A stretch of 33,824 bases of DNA from Polyangia bacterium (GTDB lineage: Bacteria; Myxococcota_A; Polyangia; JAAYKL01), in assembly GCA_050287845.1 (NCBI GenBank), contig JBNKCR010000015.1, positions 1 through 33,824 of the forward strand. Reading direction: 5' to 3'. The position numbers and the translations under genes are program-made. Below, one piece after another: positions 8,313 through 18,312 of the stretch (positions are counted from its first letter, which is position 1; each line of letters opens with the position of its first letter). The notes under the pieces were generated by a model that saw nothing but the letters and a program-made list of their open reading frames with translations, did not search any database and was not told the origin of the DNA.

Positions 8313-9590
8313 ATGTCAATTTTAAAATGGATAACTGGCGGAGATTTCACCCATCACCGGGAAGAAGGGGAACGCCTCCTGTCCGTGGGGAACTACGGTG
8401 AAGCGCGACTGGCATTTCAGCGAGCGTTGAAAAAATCGGCGAAGGAAAATGAGTGTGAAGTTGCGGCTGTTCGCGAGAACGTGCAGTTGTGTGCACGTCG
8501 TCTGGCAATGGGCCGAATCGAGAAAGCGCGCGCATTTCTGAAGGAAGGTGATTTTGAGCGGGCATCTGAAGCAGCAAATGACGCGTTGATGATTGACGGG
8601 CACCCGGAAGTGGAACAGGAAGTGAATCGGTTGCTGGCCGAAATTGACGCGCGTGCTGCGGCGGATGAGGAGGATGAAGAATTGGAAATGACGGACGATG
8701 AGCTTCTGGCAGTCATTTCGGGGGCCTGGAGTCCCGAGATGGCTGCGGAGTTCTCCACATATCCGGAAGACTTTTATCGTGCGCTGATGGCTGCCCACGA
8801 GGGAGAAACGGCGGCGGCGTTGCAGATGTTGGAGTCCGTGGCTGAGGAAATGAATCTGGATGATGCGATGTATTTTTTTCTGGAGAAAGCCCGATTGCAG
8901 CTGATTTCGGAGGACTTTAACGGCGGGCACGCATCGCTGCAGCGATTTATCGGGAAGGCGACAGATAGCGAGACCGATAATGTTGAAGAATTGTGGGTTG
9001 CTTACGAGATGTTGTCTACCATACATTCATTGAAGGAAGAGTATGACGCTGCGGAAGAAGCGCTGCTGAAGGCATACCGCGCTGCGCCGGGTAATCATGT
9101 GCCCCTGTTGCATCTCGGCATTTTTTTGAGGGAACGGGGCGAGCTGGCACGGGCAAAGCGAACACTGGAAAACGCTTTGGACACGATGGGGGCGATTCAT
9201 CCGGATATGCGGGTTTTCAGGGAATTGGGCTTGACGCATCTGGCGCTGAATGAACGCAAAGAAGCCATCGGATGTTTCAAGGCGGTGCTCGAACATTGCT
9301 GCAAGACCGTGGGGCACGAGCAATATGACCCGGATGCTGCCATCCCCCTGGCGACGCTGTATGAAGAAGATGGAAAGTTGCAGGAAGCCTCGGATATATA
9401 CCGCCATCTGGCGAACGGATATGACACGGACAATATTTTTATTTATAATCTGGAAGCAGCGCGATTGCTTCAGGCACAGAACGCGGCAGAAAGTCTTGTG
9501 AATCAGTACCTTGAAGAAGCGCAGACACTGGCGTCCACTGCCGCGCAGAAAGAAGCGCTGGCGCGGCTGGTTACTTCGGGCAATGGATGA
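8313..9590 (+). CDS. Tetratricopeptide-repeat protein
   Basis: Repeated TPR-like helices (GNYGEARLAFQRAL, EEYDAAEEALLKAY..P, LHLGIFL..RGELARA, RELGLTHLAL..RKEAI.CF). Start moved to MSILKW (8313), which follows a GAGGA RBS. Confidence 0.8.
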   Translation: MSILKWITGGDFTHHREEGERLLSVGNYGEARLAFQRALKKSAKENECEVAAVRENVQLCARRLAMGRIEKARAFLKEGDFERASEAANDALMIDGHPEVEQEVNRLLAEIDARAAADEEDEELEMTDDELLAVISGAWSPEMAAEFSTYPEDFYRALMAAHEGETAAALQMLESVAEEMNLDDAMYFFLEKARLQLISEDFNGGHASLQRFIGKATDSETDNVEELWVAYEMLSTIHSLKEEYDAAEEALLKAYRAAPGNHVPLLHLGIFLRERGELARAKRTLENALDTMGAIHPDMRVFRELGLTHLALNERKEAIGCFKAVLEHCCKTVGHEQYDPDAAIPLATLYEEDGKLQEASDIYRHLANGYDTDNIFIYNLEAARLLQAQNAAESLVNQYLEEAQTLASTAAQKEALARLVTSGNG

Positions 9591-9666
9591 TTGGAAAAAT
9601 GAGCCATTTTTTCCCGATGATGCCACCAGCTGAAAAGGAGAGGGCTCCAGAACTCCCGTAAAAAAA

Positions 9667-9690
9667 TAAAGTCTTATTGCGATGACTTTA
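9667..9690. promoter_or_regulatory. Inverted repeat TAAAGTC-N10-GACTTTA upstream of GH5
   Basis: Perfect 7-bp arms about 30 bp before ATG 9719. Confidence 0.3.
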
Positions 9691-9718
9691 ATTACTTGGA
9701 TAAAGGACAAGGATACTC

Positions 9719-10963
9719 ATGAGCAGGCCAGCAGCGATTTTACGACATTTGCCAATGATCATTTTGACTGTGGGGGTTGTTTCGATTTCGGGATGTATAC
9801 CTGGAGAAGATGCAGACTCTCAGACGTATGTTTACGATGACGACACCGAAAAAGTCCCCAGAGAGGACGAACAACCAGTGGAGTACGATACCTCTATTGA
9901 TGAGAACGCGTCATTTAATTTCAATCTTTCGGGATTGCCTTTCGTTGGTGTGAATATGAGCGGTCCCGAATGGGATGGTGGGTCCAGCACTTGGCCGAAT
10001 CAGTATCTGACCAAGGGATACGAATCGTATTTGAAGTATTTTCGCGGGTGGGGAATGACCACGATTCGGTTGCCATTTAAATGGGAGTACCTGCAGCCGG
10101 AACTGGGCGGCGAGTTTGACGAAGAGCAATTTGAGTCGTTGAAAATTACTGTTTTCCATTCGAAAAAGTATCGGGCAAAAGTGCTGATCGATATGCACAA
10201 TTACGCCCGGTACGGTGGAAAACTGATTGGTTCGGATGAAGTGTCGTACGACGATTTCGCTGATGCCTGGCGTCGGCTCGCGGAGACTTTTAAACCATAT
10301 CCGGAAGTGATGTTCGGTATTATGAATGAGCCCCACGATATGAGCACTGCCCAGTGGGTCACAGCCGCCAATACCGCCATTGCGGCCATTCGCGATACCG
10401 GGGCGGAAAATTTGATTTTCCTTAATGCGAATGGATGGAGTGGCGCCCACAGCTGGACGCAGGGCTGGCCGGATCTCGATGGGGAGCTGACCAATGCCGA
10501 GGCGATGCTTCAGATTGTAGACCCCCTTGGGGATGACCATCTGATTTTTGAAGTGCACCAATACTTGAATGTGGACAGCTCCGATTGGGGCGAATGCGAA
10601 TGCAGTTCCTTCGAAGCGGGTTCAGGGTGTACCCCTGAGACAGTCGGGTCATATCGCATGCAGCAGTTCACGAAGTGGCTTCATGACAATAATAAAAAGG
10701 GATTTCTGGGAGAATTCGGGTCATATGATGATGCCACCTGCATGGCCGCGCTGGATGATCAGCTGAAACATATGGAAGAAAATGACGATGTTTACGTCGG
10801 GTGGACCTGGTGGAGCGCCGGTCCCGGATGCACCAATTGGCAGAGTCCCATTGACCCGTACTGCTGGAGTGAGCTCCGCAAAAAGGATCTGGAAGAAAAC
10901 GGAGTGGACGGCAAGGAGATTTATGGTCAGGTCAAACTCCTGACGAGTCATATTGCGAAATAG
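9719..10963 (+). CDS. GH5 endoglucanase/cellulase (GH5_5-like) lipoprotein
   Basis: Lipobox ISGC followed by an acidic linker. Motifs GVNMSG.EW, IRLPFKWE.LQP, DMHNYARY, acid/base MNEPH, FEVHQYL, nucleophile GFLGEFG and GWTWWSAGP. Confidence 0.93.
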   Translation: MSRPAAILRHLPMIILTVGVVSISGCIPGEDADSQTYVYDDDTEKVPREDEQPVEYDTSIDENASFNFNLSGLPFVGVNMSGPEWDGGSSTWPNQYLTKGYESYLKYFRGWGMTTIRLPFKWEYLQPELGGEFDEEQFESLKITVFHSKKYRAKVLIDMHNYARYGGKLIGSDEVSYDDFADAWRRLAETFKPYPEVMFGIMNEPHDMSTAQWVTAANTAIAAIRDTGAENLIFLNANGWSGAHSWTQGWPDLDGELTNAEAMLQIVDPLGDDHLIFEVHQYLNVDSSDWGECECSSFEAGSGCTPETVGSYRMQQFTKWLHDNNKKGFLGEFGSYDDATCMAALDDQLKHMEENDDVYVGWTWWSAGPGCTNWQSPIDPYCWSELRKKDLEENGVDGKEIYGQVKLLTSHIAK

Positions 10964-11201
10964 CACCCGGTTTCCTTCGTCGTTTTAACTTCTCATCCTG
11001 CCGTTTCCTGTCTCTATCAATTTCATATATTATCGGATATCCACTATGTTTAATGCGTGGTAGAGTTTGTACACCCCTTTCAGAATATCCACTCCCACAC
11101 ACCAGCGGAGGCAGATTACTGATCAGCGTGGACTGATTACCGTTGTTGTAATGGGTCCGGATGCTGATCACATAGAAATAGAAATAATTGGAGGTTTGTG
11201 A

Positions 11202-13844
11202 ATGGTCGTCAGATCAATGGCATTGTTACTGTTTGTTCTATGGCTCCAGATTCCAGCGTGCTCGGACTCTTCTGGAGGAGGTGGTTCTGATACAACATCG
11301 GATACGGATTCGGACACGGATACGGATACAGATTCGGATACAGACTCGGATGCGGATTCGGATACGGACTCGGATGCGGATTCGGATACAGACTCGGATG
11401 CGGATTCGGATACAGACTCGGATGCGGATTCGGATACGGACTCAGATATGGATTCGGACACAGATTCGGATACAGATTCGGATACAGACTCGGATGCGGA
11501 TTCGGATACGGACTCGGACACGGATTCGGATACCGATACGGAGACAGATACGGATCCAGGTGAAAAGAGCGTTGATATTGCCGGTCCCGACGGTGAAACC
11601 CTCCGAATCACTGCGTATGGCCACTACATGGCGCGGATTCAGATTATACAGGCTGGCGAGGAGTTCTATGCCGACGACCGATATGAAATGGTGGAACGAC
11701 ATGATTGGGATGGCGGATTCAAGGTGGACGATTCGGGAGACACTGTAACGTTGACATCTCCCGCTGCGGATGGTGTGTCTCTTGTGGTGCAGAAGAATCC
11801 ACTTCGGATTGAATATTCCATCCGGGGAGAGGACGGCCCCCTGCTTGCCGATCTGGACGGCGTGTCATGGCAGGGAAACACAATCACTGCATCATTTGAG
11901 CCGGACTCCGGAGAGCATTTTGCCGGTCTGGGGCACAGGGAATATGGGCGTGTTGAAAAACTGGACAGGGCTGGCACCAGTATGACAGTGAAAAGCGGCG
12001 CCGAAGGTGCGTTGCGTGTTCCCTTCTTTGTGTCATCCCGGGGATACGGTGTGTTTTTGAATACCACGTTTACCCACACAATCAGTCTGGGGGCGAACAA
12101 TAGCTATTCCCTGAGTATTGACGGGGAAGGCTTCGGCGGTCAGATGGACTATTTCTTCATTGCCGGACCGGAAATCACCAAAGTGGTTGACCGCTATACC
12201 CAGTTGACCGGTCGACCGAGGATGCCTCAGAAATCATTGTTCGGTCTGCATCTTTCAGACAAATCCGACCCGAACAACCAGGGGGAATCCTGGTGGAAGG
12301 ATATGATTACCAAACATCGCAATGCGGGATACGCCTTTGACCATCAGGTGAACGACAATGCATGGCGGGCGTCCAATGAGGCGGTATCCGGTCAGAAAAA
12401 TTCGTGGTTTGACTGGCGGGCCGATCGCTTCCCGGATCCGGCGGAATACAAGCGCTGGTGTGATGAAAACGGGGTGACTGTAACGCTGGACCTCAACCGG
12501 CCGGGCATTCCGCTGAACCCCAGCTGGAACAATTCTTACGCCATCCCCGGGGCCAACGATTGCCCCGATTTCACCAATCCCGACACCAGGCAGTGGATAT
12601 GGGATCTGTTCTATGACCATGCGTTCAATCCGTCTCTGGGGTATCCGGGCGATGCGATTTGGCTGGACGAATTTGATTACCCCGATCACCGCCATTCGAC
12701 GATTCTCGCCAGTGGCAAGAGTTGGGCGGAAGAGTCCATCAACTATCACCTGAATCTGCAGAAGGCATGCGTGCATGAAGGATGGGATCCGACTATCGGG
12801 GATGCCAAGCGACCCTACTTCTGGAGTCGGGGATTCACTGCCGGCGCGCAGCGCTGGGGAGCGTACTGGACCGGCGATCTGAACAGCAACTGGTCGGATA
12901 TGGCCTATCAGGTCAAAGCGATGCAGTCTGCCGGTATTTCCGGCGTTCCGTATTTCAATCACGATGCCGGTGGGCACTTCAACGTTACCGTAAATGAGGA
13001 TAACCTGTATCGCCAGTGGGATATGGCGTTCGGGAGTTTCACGCCAATCTGGAAACCCCATGGTCCCGGTCACAGTCGCTGGCCACTTCAGCGCAACAGC
13101 ACCTGCCAGGGAACTGCCAAAGTCTACATTACCACCCGGTATGAGATGATCCCCTATATTTATTCGTTTGCCCGTATCGCTCAGGCCACCGGTATGCCCA
13201 TGGCCCGGCCGATGTTCCTTGAGGATCAGAATAACTCGACCGCCTGGGAGCGGGACATGCAGTATTACTGGGGAAGTGAAATGCTGGTGGCGCCCAACTG
13301 TTCAGATGGCAACAACAGTGTGTCTGTATGGTTCCCCGAGGGCGGATGGTACAATTTCTGGGATGATACGAAATATGCCGGCAATTCCACCGAGAACATC
13401 CAGACGTCAACGGGCGACATCCCGGTATTTGTTAAAGAGGGCGGAATCATTCCCATGGCGCCATACGCCAAGTCCACGTTTTTTATTGACGATGAGCAGT
13501 TGGCCATTCACGTGTACACCGGTGCGGACGGATCATTCCAGTTGTTTGAAGATGATGGTGTGACAGAGAAATTCCGGACAGCTGGGGAATCCCGTGTTAC
13601 CGGGATGACCTACACCGATGACTCTCTCCGTCTGGAAGTCAGTGCAGCCGATGGCGACTACGATGGTGCGCCTTCCAGCCGGGCATACGAAATTATTTAT
13701 CACGGATTGTCCGCTGACACGCCGATGTATGTGGATGGTGAATCCGCCAGCACTTCGTGGGATGGTCAGAGTAAAACGTTGACGGTAAGTGTACCCGCCA
13801 GAAGCATGGACAGCGGGTTTACGGTGTCCAAATCGGCTGAATAA
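11202..13844 (+). CDS. GH31 alpha-glycosidase lipoprotein with long Asp-Ser/Thr linker
   Basis: Signal peptide ends IPAC. Motifs [32 protein letters not shown], nucleophile region [31 protein letters not shown] and G.PMARP, plus GH31-type C-terminal domains (LFEDDG.T). GGAGG RBS. Confidence 0.92.
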   Translation: MVVRSMALLLFVLWLQIPACSDSSGGGGSDTTSDTDSDTDTDTDSDTDSDADSDTDSDADSDTDSDADSDTDSDADSDTDSDMDSDTDSDTDSDTDSDADSDTDSDTDSDTDTETDTDPGEKSVDIAGPDGETLRITAYGHYMARIQIIQAGEEFYADDRYEMVERHDWDGGFKVDDSGDTVTLTSPAADGVSLVVQKNPLRIEYSIRGEDGPLLADLDGVSWQGNTITASFEPDSGEHFAGLGHREYGRVEKLDRAGTSMTVKSGAEGALRVPFFVSSRGYGVFLNTTFTHTISLGANNSYSLSIDGEGFGGQMDYFFIAGPEITKVVDRYTQLTGRPRMPQKSLFGLHLSDKSDPNNQGESWWKDMITKHRNAGYAFDHQVNDNAWRASNEAVSGQKNSWFDWRADRFPDPAEYKRWCDENGVTVTLDLNRPGIPLNPSWNNSYAIPGANDCPDFTNPDTRQWIWDLFYDHAFNPSLGYPGDAIWLDEFDYPDHRHSTILASGKSWAEESINYHLNLQKACVHEGWDPTIGDAKRPYFWSRGFTAGAQRWGAYWTGDLNSNWSDMAYQVKAMQSAGISGVPYFNHDAGGHFNVTVNEDNLYRQWDMAFGSFTPIWKPHGPGHSRWPLQRNSTCQGTAKVYITTRYEMIPYIYSFARIAQATGMPMARPMFLEDQNNSTAWERDMQYYWGSEMLVAPNCSDGNNSVSVWFPEGGWYNFWDDTKYAGNSTENIQTSTGDIPVFVKEGGIIPMAPYAKSTFFIDDEQLAIHVYTGADGSFQLFEDDGVTEKFRTAGESRVTGMTYTDDSLRLEVSAADGDYDGAPSSRAYEIIYHGLSADTPMYVDGESASTSWDGQSKTLTVSVPARSMDSGFTVSKSAE
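11298..11555 (+). repeat. Coding SD/TD/AD dipeptide repeat (86 aa)
   Basis: (SDTD/SDAD)n encoded with mixed synonymous codons. Confidence 0.95.
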
Positions 13845-14218
13845 ATCTCATTGCCTCAGCATAGCCTCCTGTAAATTCACCCCCATTTTGCATTTAAAAA
13901 AAAACGCCGATGACGGTGTCGCGCCAGCTTGAATGGGCCCGAATTGACGCTGCCAGTTTTCCAGAAATGGTTGAATCTTTAAAAATGGATTGCGAATTTA
14001 AAATCATCGAGTGCTTCATGAAATAGGTTTCTTTCCACCGGTGTTGTGATTTATGGGAGACTGTTGAGTGGGCGTATGGATGCTATGTATGCTGGTGCGA
14101 TATATTATTTATGTAAAATTACCAGTGTGTGATAGTATACGACATGTAGGTTGTTTGGTCACAATTGGTGAGGTTTTTCAGATACTTACGAGACATGACT
14201 CCGATGTCGGATTGAACA

Positions 14219-14261
14219 AAATAATTAATTATTTCAGCCTATTAGACTGTCTATATATAAT
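14219..14261 (+). promoter_or_regulatory. Candidate tamB promoter: 16-bp palindrome AAATAATTAATTATTT plus TATAAT -10
   Basis: Palindrome at 14219-14234 and TATAAT at 14256-14261. The -35 match is poor. Confidence 0.35.
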
Positions 14262-14322
14262 ATGACCATGAACTGGATACCACTGCGGAATATGTTTCGT
14301 ACGATGAAAAAGGAAGGATGAC

Positions 14323-17300
14323 ATGGCAAAACGGATTGCCCGGGTTATTCTTGCCTTTATTCTGCTGGTGGGTCTACTGGCTGCGGGGGCGCTTGTCTTT
14401 GTTTATTCGGATTACGGTTCTGGCTGGATTTCAAAGAAATTCTACGAAGGGGTTCGGCGTCAGACCGGACTGGAAGTCACGTTTCAAAAAGTGGACCTGG
14501 AATTTTTTCCCCCCAGGCTTCTTCTTGAAAAATTGAAAATCAACGGCGTGGATCTCGATGTGACATGTGTTGTGGAAGAAGCCGAAGTTTCACCGGATGC
14601 GTTGGATTTGCTCGCCGGACAAATCAGCATCGAGGAAATATATATGGGGGCGCCGGATTGCAGGGTATCGCTGCATCCTGACGACATGGCGAGCTTTCGA
14701 CAGGCTTCCAGAATTGGAGATGACGAAAGCGAACGGATTGACCTGTCTTTCCTGCCCCGTTTTGACGTGGTGGCGCTGAGTGGCGGGCATTTTGAGCTGA
14801 ATGTGGACGATCCGGGTGGGATCGGCGAAGTGGGGCTGACATTGTCCGGACTCTATCTGGATATTACCGGGCGGCACACCGATGAGGATCGGATTGAAAT
14901 CCGGGTGCTGCTCGAACGCGCTGCCGGCCGTTATCGCAAGGGAGACATCGACATCAACGAACGGGTTGAGGGACTGAAACTGCGGGCTGCTCTCAACGAG
15001 GATGCGTTGAACATCCGCACGTTCACCGGAAAAATTGCAGAGGTATCCATTGAAACCCGGGACATGTTTGTGCCGATGAATTTTACGGAAAATCAGCTGA
15101 CCGCTGCATTTTTATCAGTGGATACACCACTGAACCGATTGTCGCGGTTTCCCATTCCGCTGCCTGAACTGAAAGGACATGTGGCTTTTGCCGGGGAGGC
15201 GGGCCTTGCTTTTTCAGCGCAGGGCAAACCGGCGATTACCGCGAAAGGAGAGTTGAAGCTTCGGGGAATCGAAGTGTCGGATTTTGTAATTGGCGATTTG
15301 GACGGAACAGTGGACTACTCAAAGGAGCGGCTGGAATGGAAAGGGGTGGAACTCCGGACAGCAGGAGGTGCACTGCGGCTGGACGGAAAGTTGGCATTCG
15401 ACGGCGCATTGACCATTGAGAGCGATGTTGAACTGGACCGGATTGAGTTGGCGAAACTGCTTGAAAATCTGACGGTGGATAACTCGTACGTGATGCAGGA
15501 AATGACCGGGTCCGCCAAAGTCAGCGGCACACTCAACGACTTGCGGCTGAAGGGAACCACCCGGCTTCATGTGAAGAACCATCAGGTGTTCAGTGACAGC
15601 TATCGGAAGGCACGGAAAGACACCATTCTCGCCATTTCTGATTTAACGGTGCAGGGCCCGTTCACCATCACGGAAAAGGGGCTTGTGGGCAATGGATTTA
15701 CTGTTCGCAAAAACGACTCACTGACGAATGTCAATATGACGTTCGCTTTCGACAAAGCGACCGGATGGTCTCTGCAGTCACATTCGAAAAAGATGAATCT
15801 GGCGGATGTGGGCGTTATCAGCGGATTTACGGTGGGCGGAACTGGCAGTCTCGATTGTCGGATTGACGCACCGGGATATGGGGCGCCAATCATTGATGCG
15901 ACGGCGGATTTCAACGATATGATGTTTTCCGGATTTGACTACCGGCATGTGTCGACGAAGGTTCGTTTCGACGGGGAGGTGCTTAGTTTCAACGACTTGA
16001 ATATTCGGAGCCGAAAAAGCCGATACCGCACAGCACGGCTGGCCCTGGATTTTTATTCTCCAGCCGGGTTGAGCATTGACACGGTGTTTGACGTGGAGCG
16101 GGCAGAACTGGAAGACCTGGCAAAATCGTATCATCTCGACATATCTGACTTTGGAAATCCCAAAGGTTACGTGTCGGGCAAAGTGGATATTCAGTATCAG
16201 ACCCAACCCGAGAATCTGCGAGTGGAAACGGTGTTGTCCCATGAAGGATTGACACTTTTCAATGAGGTATTTGGCGGAGGCGAACTGAACGCGTTGTACG
16301 ATGACGGTATTTTGACAGTGAATCCCTTTAACATGACCAAGGGCAAAGGCAGTGTGACCATTTCCGGTACGCTCGGGATGAAAAACGAACTGAATTTTAC
16401 GGGGGTGGCAACCGGTGTGCGAATTGAAGATATTGTATACCCCATGGTGAGCGATCTGGAGTTGAATGGCATCGGAAACGCGTATGTGGTGGTGGAGGGG
16501 ACAGTGGACGCCCCCCGTGGCGAAGCCACCCTTGAGCTGTCCAGAATGTCCAGACATCAGATGAAGTTTGGCTCCAGCAAACTGGACCTGTCTCTCGATA
16601 AAAATGTATTGCAGGTTTTTGGGATGCTGGCGGACCGGAAAGTGACATTGGAGCACAGTGTTTTTGATTTCAATGCCAACACGTTTCTGATGGAGGGATT
16701 TGTAACCGACTTGGATTTGGCCGGTGTCCTGGGACTTAAAGTGCCGGGGCAACAGGTGGCACTGGATGCCACTGGAGAAATTGCAATATCCGGTAAAATG
16801 TCGAAGAATCCACACCTGAACGGTGATGGCCGAATTTTCAGTCTGTCCGGGCAGTACAATCGATTCAAACTGGCCAATAAGGCACCGGTCGAGTTTGTTA
16901 TTCATGATGGACTGGTCAGCATGGAAGGTGCGCGGTTTCTCGGAAAGAACGTGGTGTTTGATTTGGGTGGAAGTGCGAGCGTCGATCGGCTGAAGCTTTC
17001 TGCCCGGGGGCTTTCGAATCTGAAGGTGGTGCCATCGCTGGTGGATGGCGTATCCGAGAGCGGCGGCACGCTGTCGTTCAAAACGATTTTGAGTGGTCCA
17101 TGGGCGGATTTGAAATTCCGGGGCGAGGCCGAAGTGTCTGAAGCGAATTTTGTGGTGAATGGCTTTCCTCATCCCATTGACGACGTGAATGGAAAGCTTC
17201 GGCTGGGATCCAACATGATCCGCATTGAAAATTTCAAGGGGAAAACAGCGGGGGGCACGCTGGATATGAGCGGGTGGATTGCGTTGAATGGGTTCGCAGT

Positions 17301-18306
17301 AGATGACTATCGTTTTGATTTGGATGCCGCCAATCTGGAGTTGCATCTGCTCGACGATCTGGTGTTGAAAGCGTCGACGCAGAAGGGCGGTCTGGTAATG
17401 GTACCGGGGGCACTGCGGGATGTACCGTTTGTGACGGGAGATGTGGAAATATCGAATTTTAAATATACCGCCCCGGTTCATATAGTGGAGTTGTCGGACC
17501 TGGATGTGGCGGGCATCAGCGGCAAACGCAAACGCACTACCCGCCCGAGAGTTTTTGACAAGAGTAAGGATAGTTTTGAGTATGACGTTCGGCTGCACGG
17601 TGAAAGAAACCTGGTGATACTCAACAATCTGCTCGATGCCCGTTTGAAAATTGATGATGAGGAAGAACAGCTTCGGCTGGTGGGCACCAATCAGACCTAT
17701 GGTTTCCTTGGCAGAATTGTCGGTGTGGGAGGGGAGGTGCGCTTTGCCGGTAAAACGTTTGAAATACAGAATGCGTATCTGTCGTTCAAGGATCCCAATC
17801 GGCCGGAAAATCCGAATTTCAGAGTCACTGCGGATGTGGACGTGCGGGACTGGAAAGTAACCATCACTGCGGAAGGTTCGGTGGATGACTATACGGTGCG
17901 ATTGTCTAGTCAGCCGTTTCTTTCGCAGGAGGATATCGTCATTTTATTGCTTACCGGTATGATTAAGCAGGAGCACACCGCAATGAACAGTCAGGGCCTG
18001 GCAATGAGCCTTGCCCCGTTGCTGGAGAATGTGAGCTCCGGCACGATACCCGTCGAGTTGAATGTGTACAGTGAGTATTCGGAGAAAGCCGAAGCGGAGA
18101 CCACTCGGGTGGCCCTTGGAAAACGCATTTCAGAAGATATCTGGGTTCAGGTATCATCCAGTGTTGGGCAGGAACAGGATGTGGAAGGTACCATGAGTTA
18201 TGAAATTAATGACAACGTGTCGGTGTCGGCCGGATATGACAACAAGAACGAGACGAGTAAAACCGGAAACTGGGGTCTCGATTTGCGATTCCGACTGGAG
18301 TTTTAG
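14323..18306 (+). CDS. tamB: TamB / AsmA-like translocation and assembly module protein
   Basis: 1327 aa with an N-terminal membrane anchor and a long glycine-rich beta-taco-like body. The C-terminus is TamB-type (LSSQPFLSQEDIVILLLTG, LGKRISEDIWV, GLDLRFRLEF). Directly upstream of an Omp85 gene. Confidence 0.88.
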   Translation: MAKRIARVILAFILLVGLLAAGALVFVYSDYGSGWISKKFYEGVRRQTGLEVTFQKVDLEFFPPRLLLEKLKINGVDLDVTCVVEEAEVSPDALDLLAGQISIEEIYMGAPDCRVSLHPDDMASFRQASRIGDDESERIDLSFLPRFDVVALSGGHFELNVDDPGGIGEVGLTLSGLYLDITGRHTDEDRIEIRVLLERAAGRYRKGDIDINERVEGLKLRAALNEDALNIRTFTGKIAEVSIETRDMFVPMNFTENQLTAAFLSVDTPLNRLSRFPIPLPELKGHVAFAGEAGLAFSAQGKPAITAKGELKLRGIEVSDFVIGDLDGTVDYSKERLEWKGVELRTAGGALRLDGKLAFDGALTIESDVELDRIELAKLLENLTVDNSYVMQEMTGSAKVSGTLNDLRLKGTTRLHVKNHQVFSDSYRKARKDTILAISDLTVQGPFTITEKGLVGNGFTVRKNDSLTNVNMTFAFDKATGWSLQSHSKKMNLADVGVISGFTVGGTGSLDCRIDAPGYGAPIIDATADFNDMMFSGFDYRHVSTKVRFDGEVLSFNDLNIRSRKSRYRTARLALDFYSPAGLSIDTVFDVERAELEDLAKSYHLDISDFGNPKGYVSGKVDIQYQTQPENLRVETVLSHEGLTLFNEVFGGGELNALYDDGILTVNPFNMTKGKGSVTISGTLGMKNELNFTGVATGVRIEDIVYPMVSDLELNGIGNAYVVVEGTVDAPRGEATLELSRMSRHQMKFGSSKLDLSLDKNVLQVFGMLADRKVTLEHSVFDFNANTFLMEGFVTDLDLAGVLGLKVPGQQVALDATGEIAISGKMSKNPHLNGDGRIFSLSGQYNRFKLANKAPVEFVIHDGLVSMEGARFLGKNVVFDLGGSASVDRLKLSARGLSNLKVVPSLVDGVSESGGTLSFKTILSGPWADLKFRGEAEVSEANFVVNGFPHPIDDVNGKLRLGSNMIRIENFKGKTAGGTLDMSGWIALNGFAVDDYRFDLDAANLELHLLDDLVLKASTQKGGLVMVPGALRDVPFVTGDVEISNFKYTAPVHIVELSDLDVAGISGKRKRTTRPRVFDKSKDSFEYDVRLHGERNLVILNNLLDARLKIDDEEEQLRLVGTNQTYGFLGRIVGVGGEVRFAGKTFEIQNAYLSFKDPNRPENPNFRVTADVDVRDWKVTITAEGSVDDYTVRLSSQPFLSQEDIVILLLTGMIKQEHTAMNSQGLAMSLAPLLENVSSGTIPVELNVYSEYSEKAEAETTRVALGKRISEDIWVQVSSSVGQEQDVEGTMSYEINDNVSVSAGYDNKNETSKTGNWGLDLRFRLEF

Positions 18307-18312
18307 ACGTTG

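Noticed and set aside
11037..11093. DnaA boxes / replication origin
   Set aside because: ATATCCACT has two mismatches to TTATCCACA, there are only two copies, and there is no origin-type gene context.
11168..11748. (SV/SE)n and (RI/RT)n ORFs, with equivalents at 7032-7369 and 27144-27797
   Set aside because: These are antisense or alternate-frame shadows of the DS/DT linkers.
15778..17598. 606-aa antisense ORF inside tamB
   Set aside because: It is fully nested opposite a well-supported gene, with the His/Gln/Arg-rich composition typical of antisense shadows and no domain motifs.
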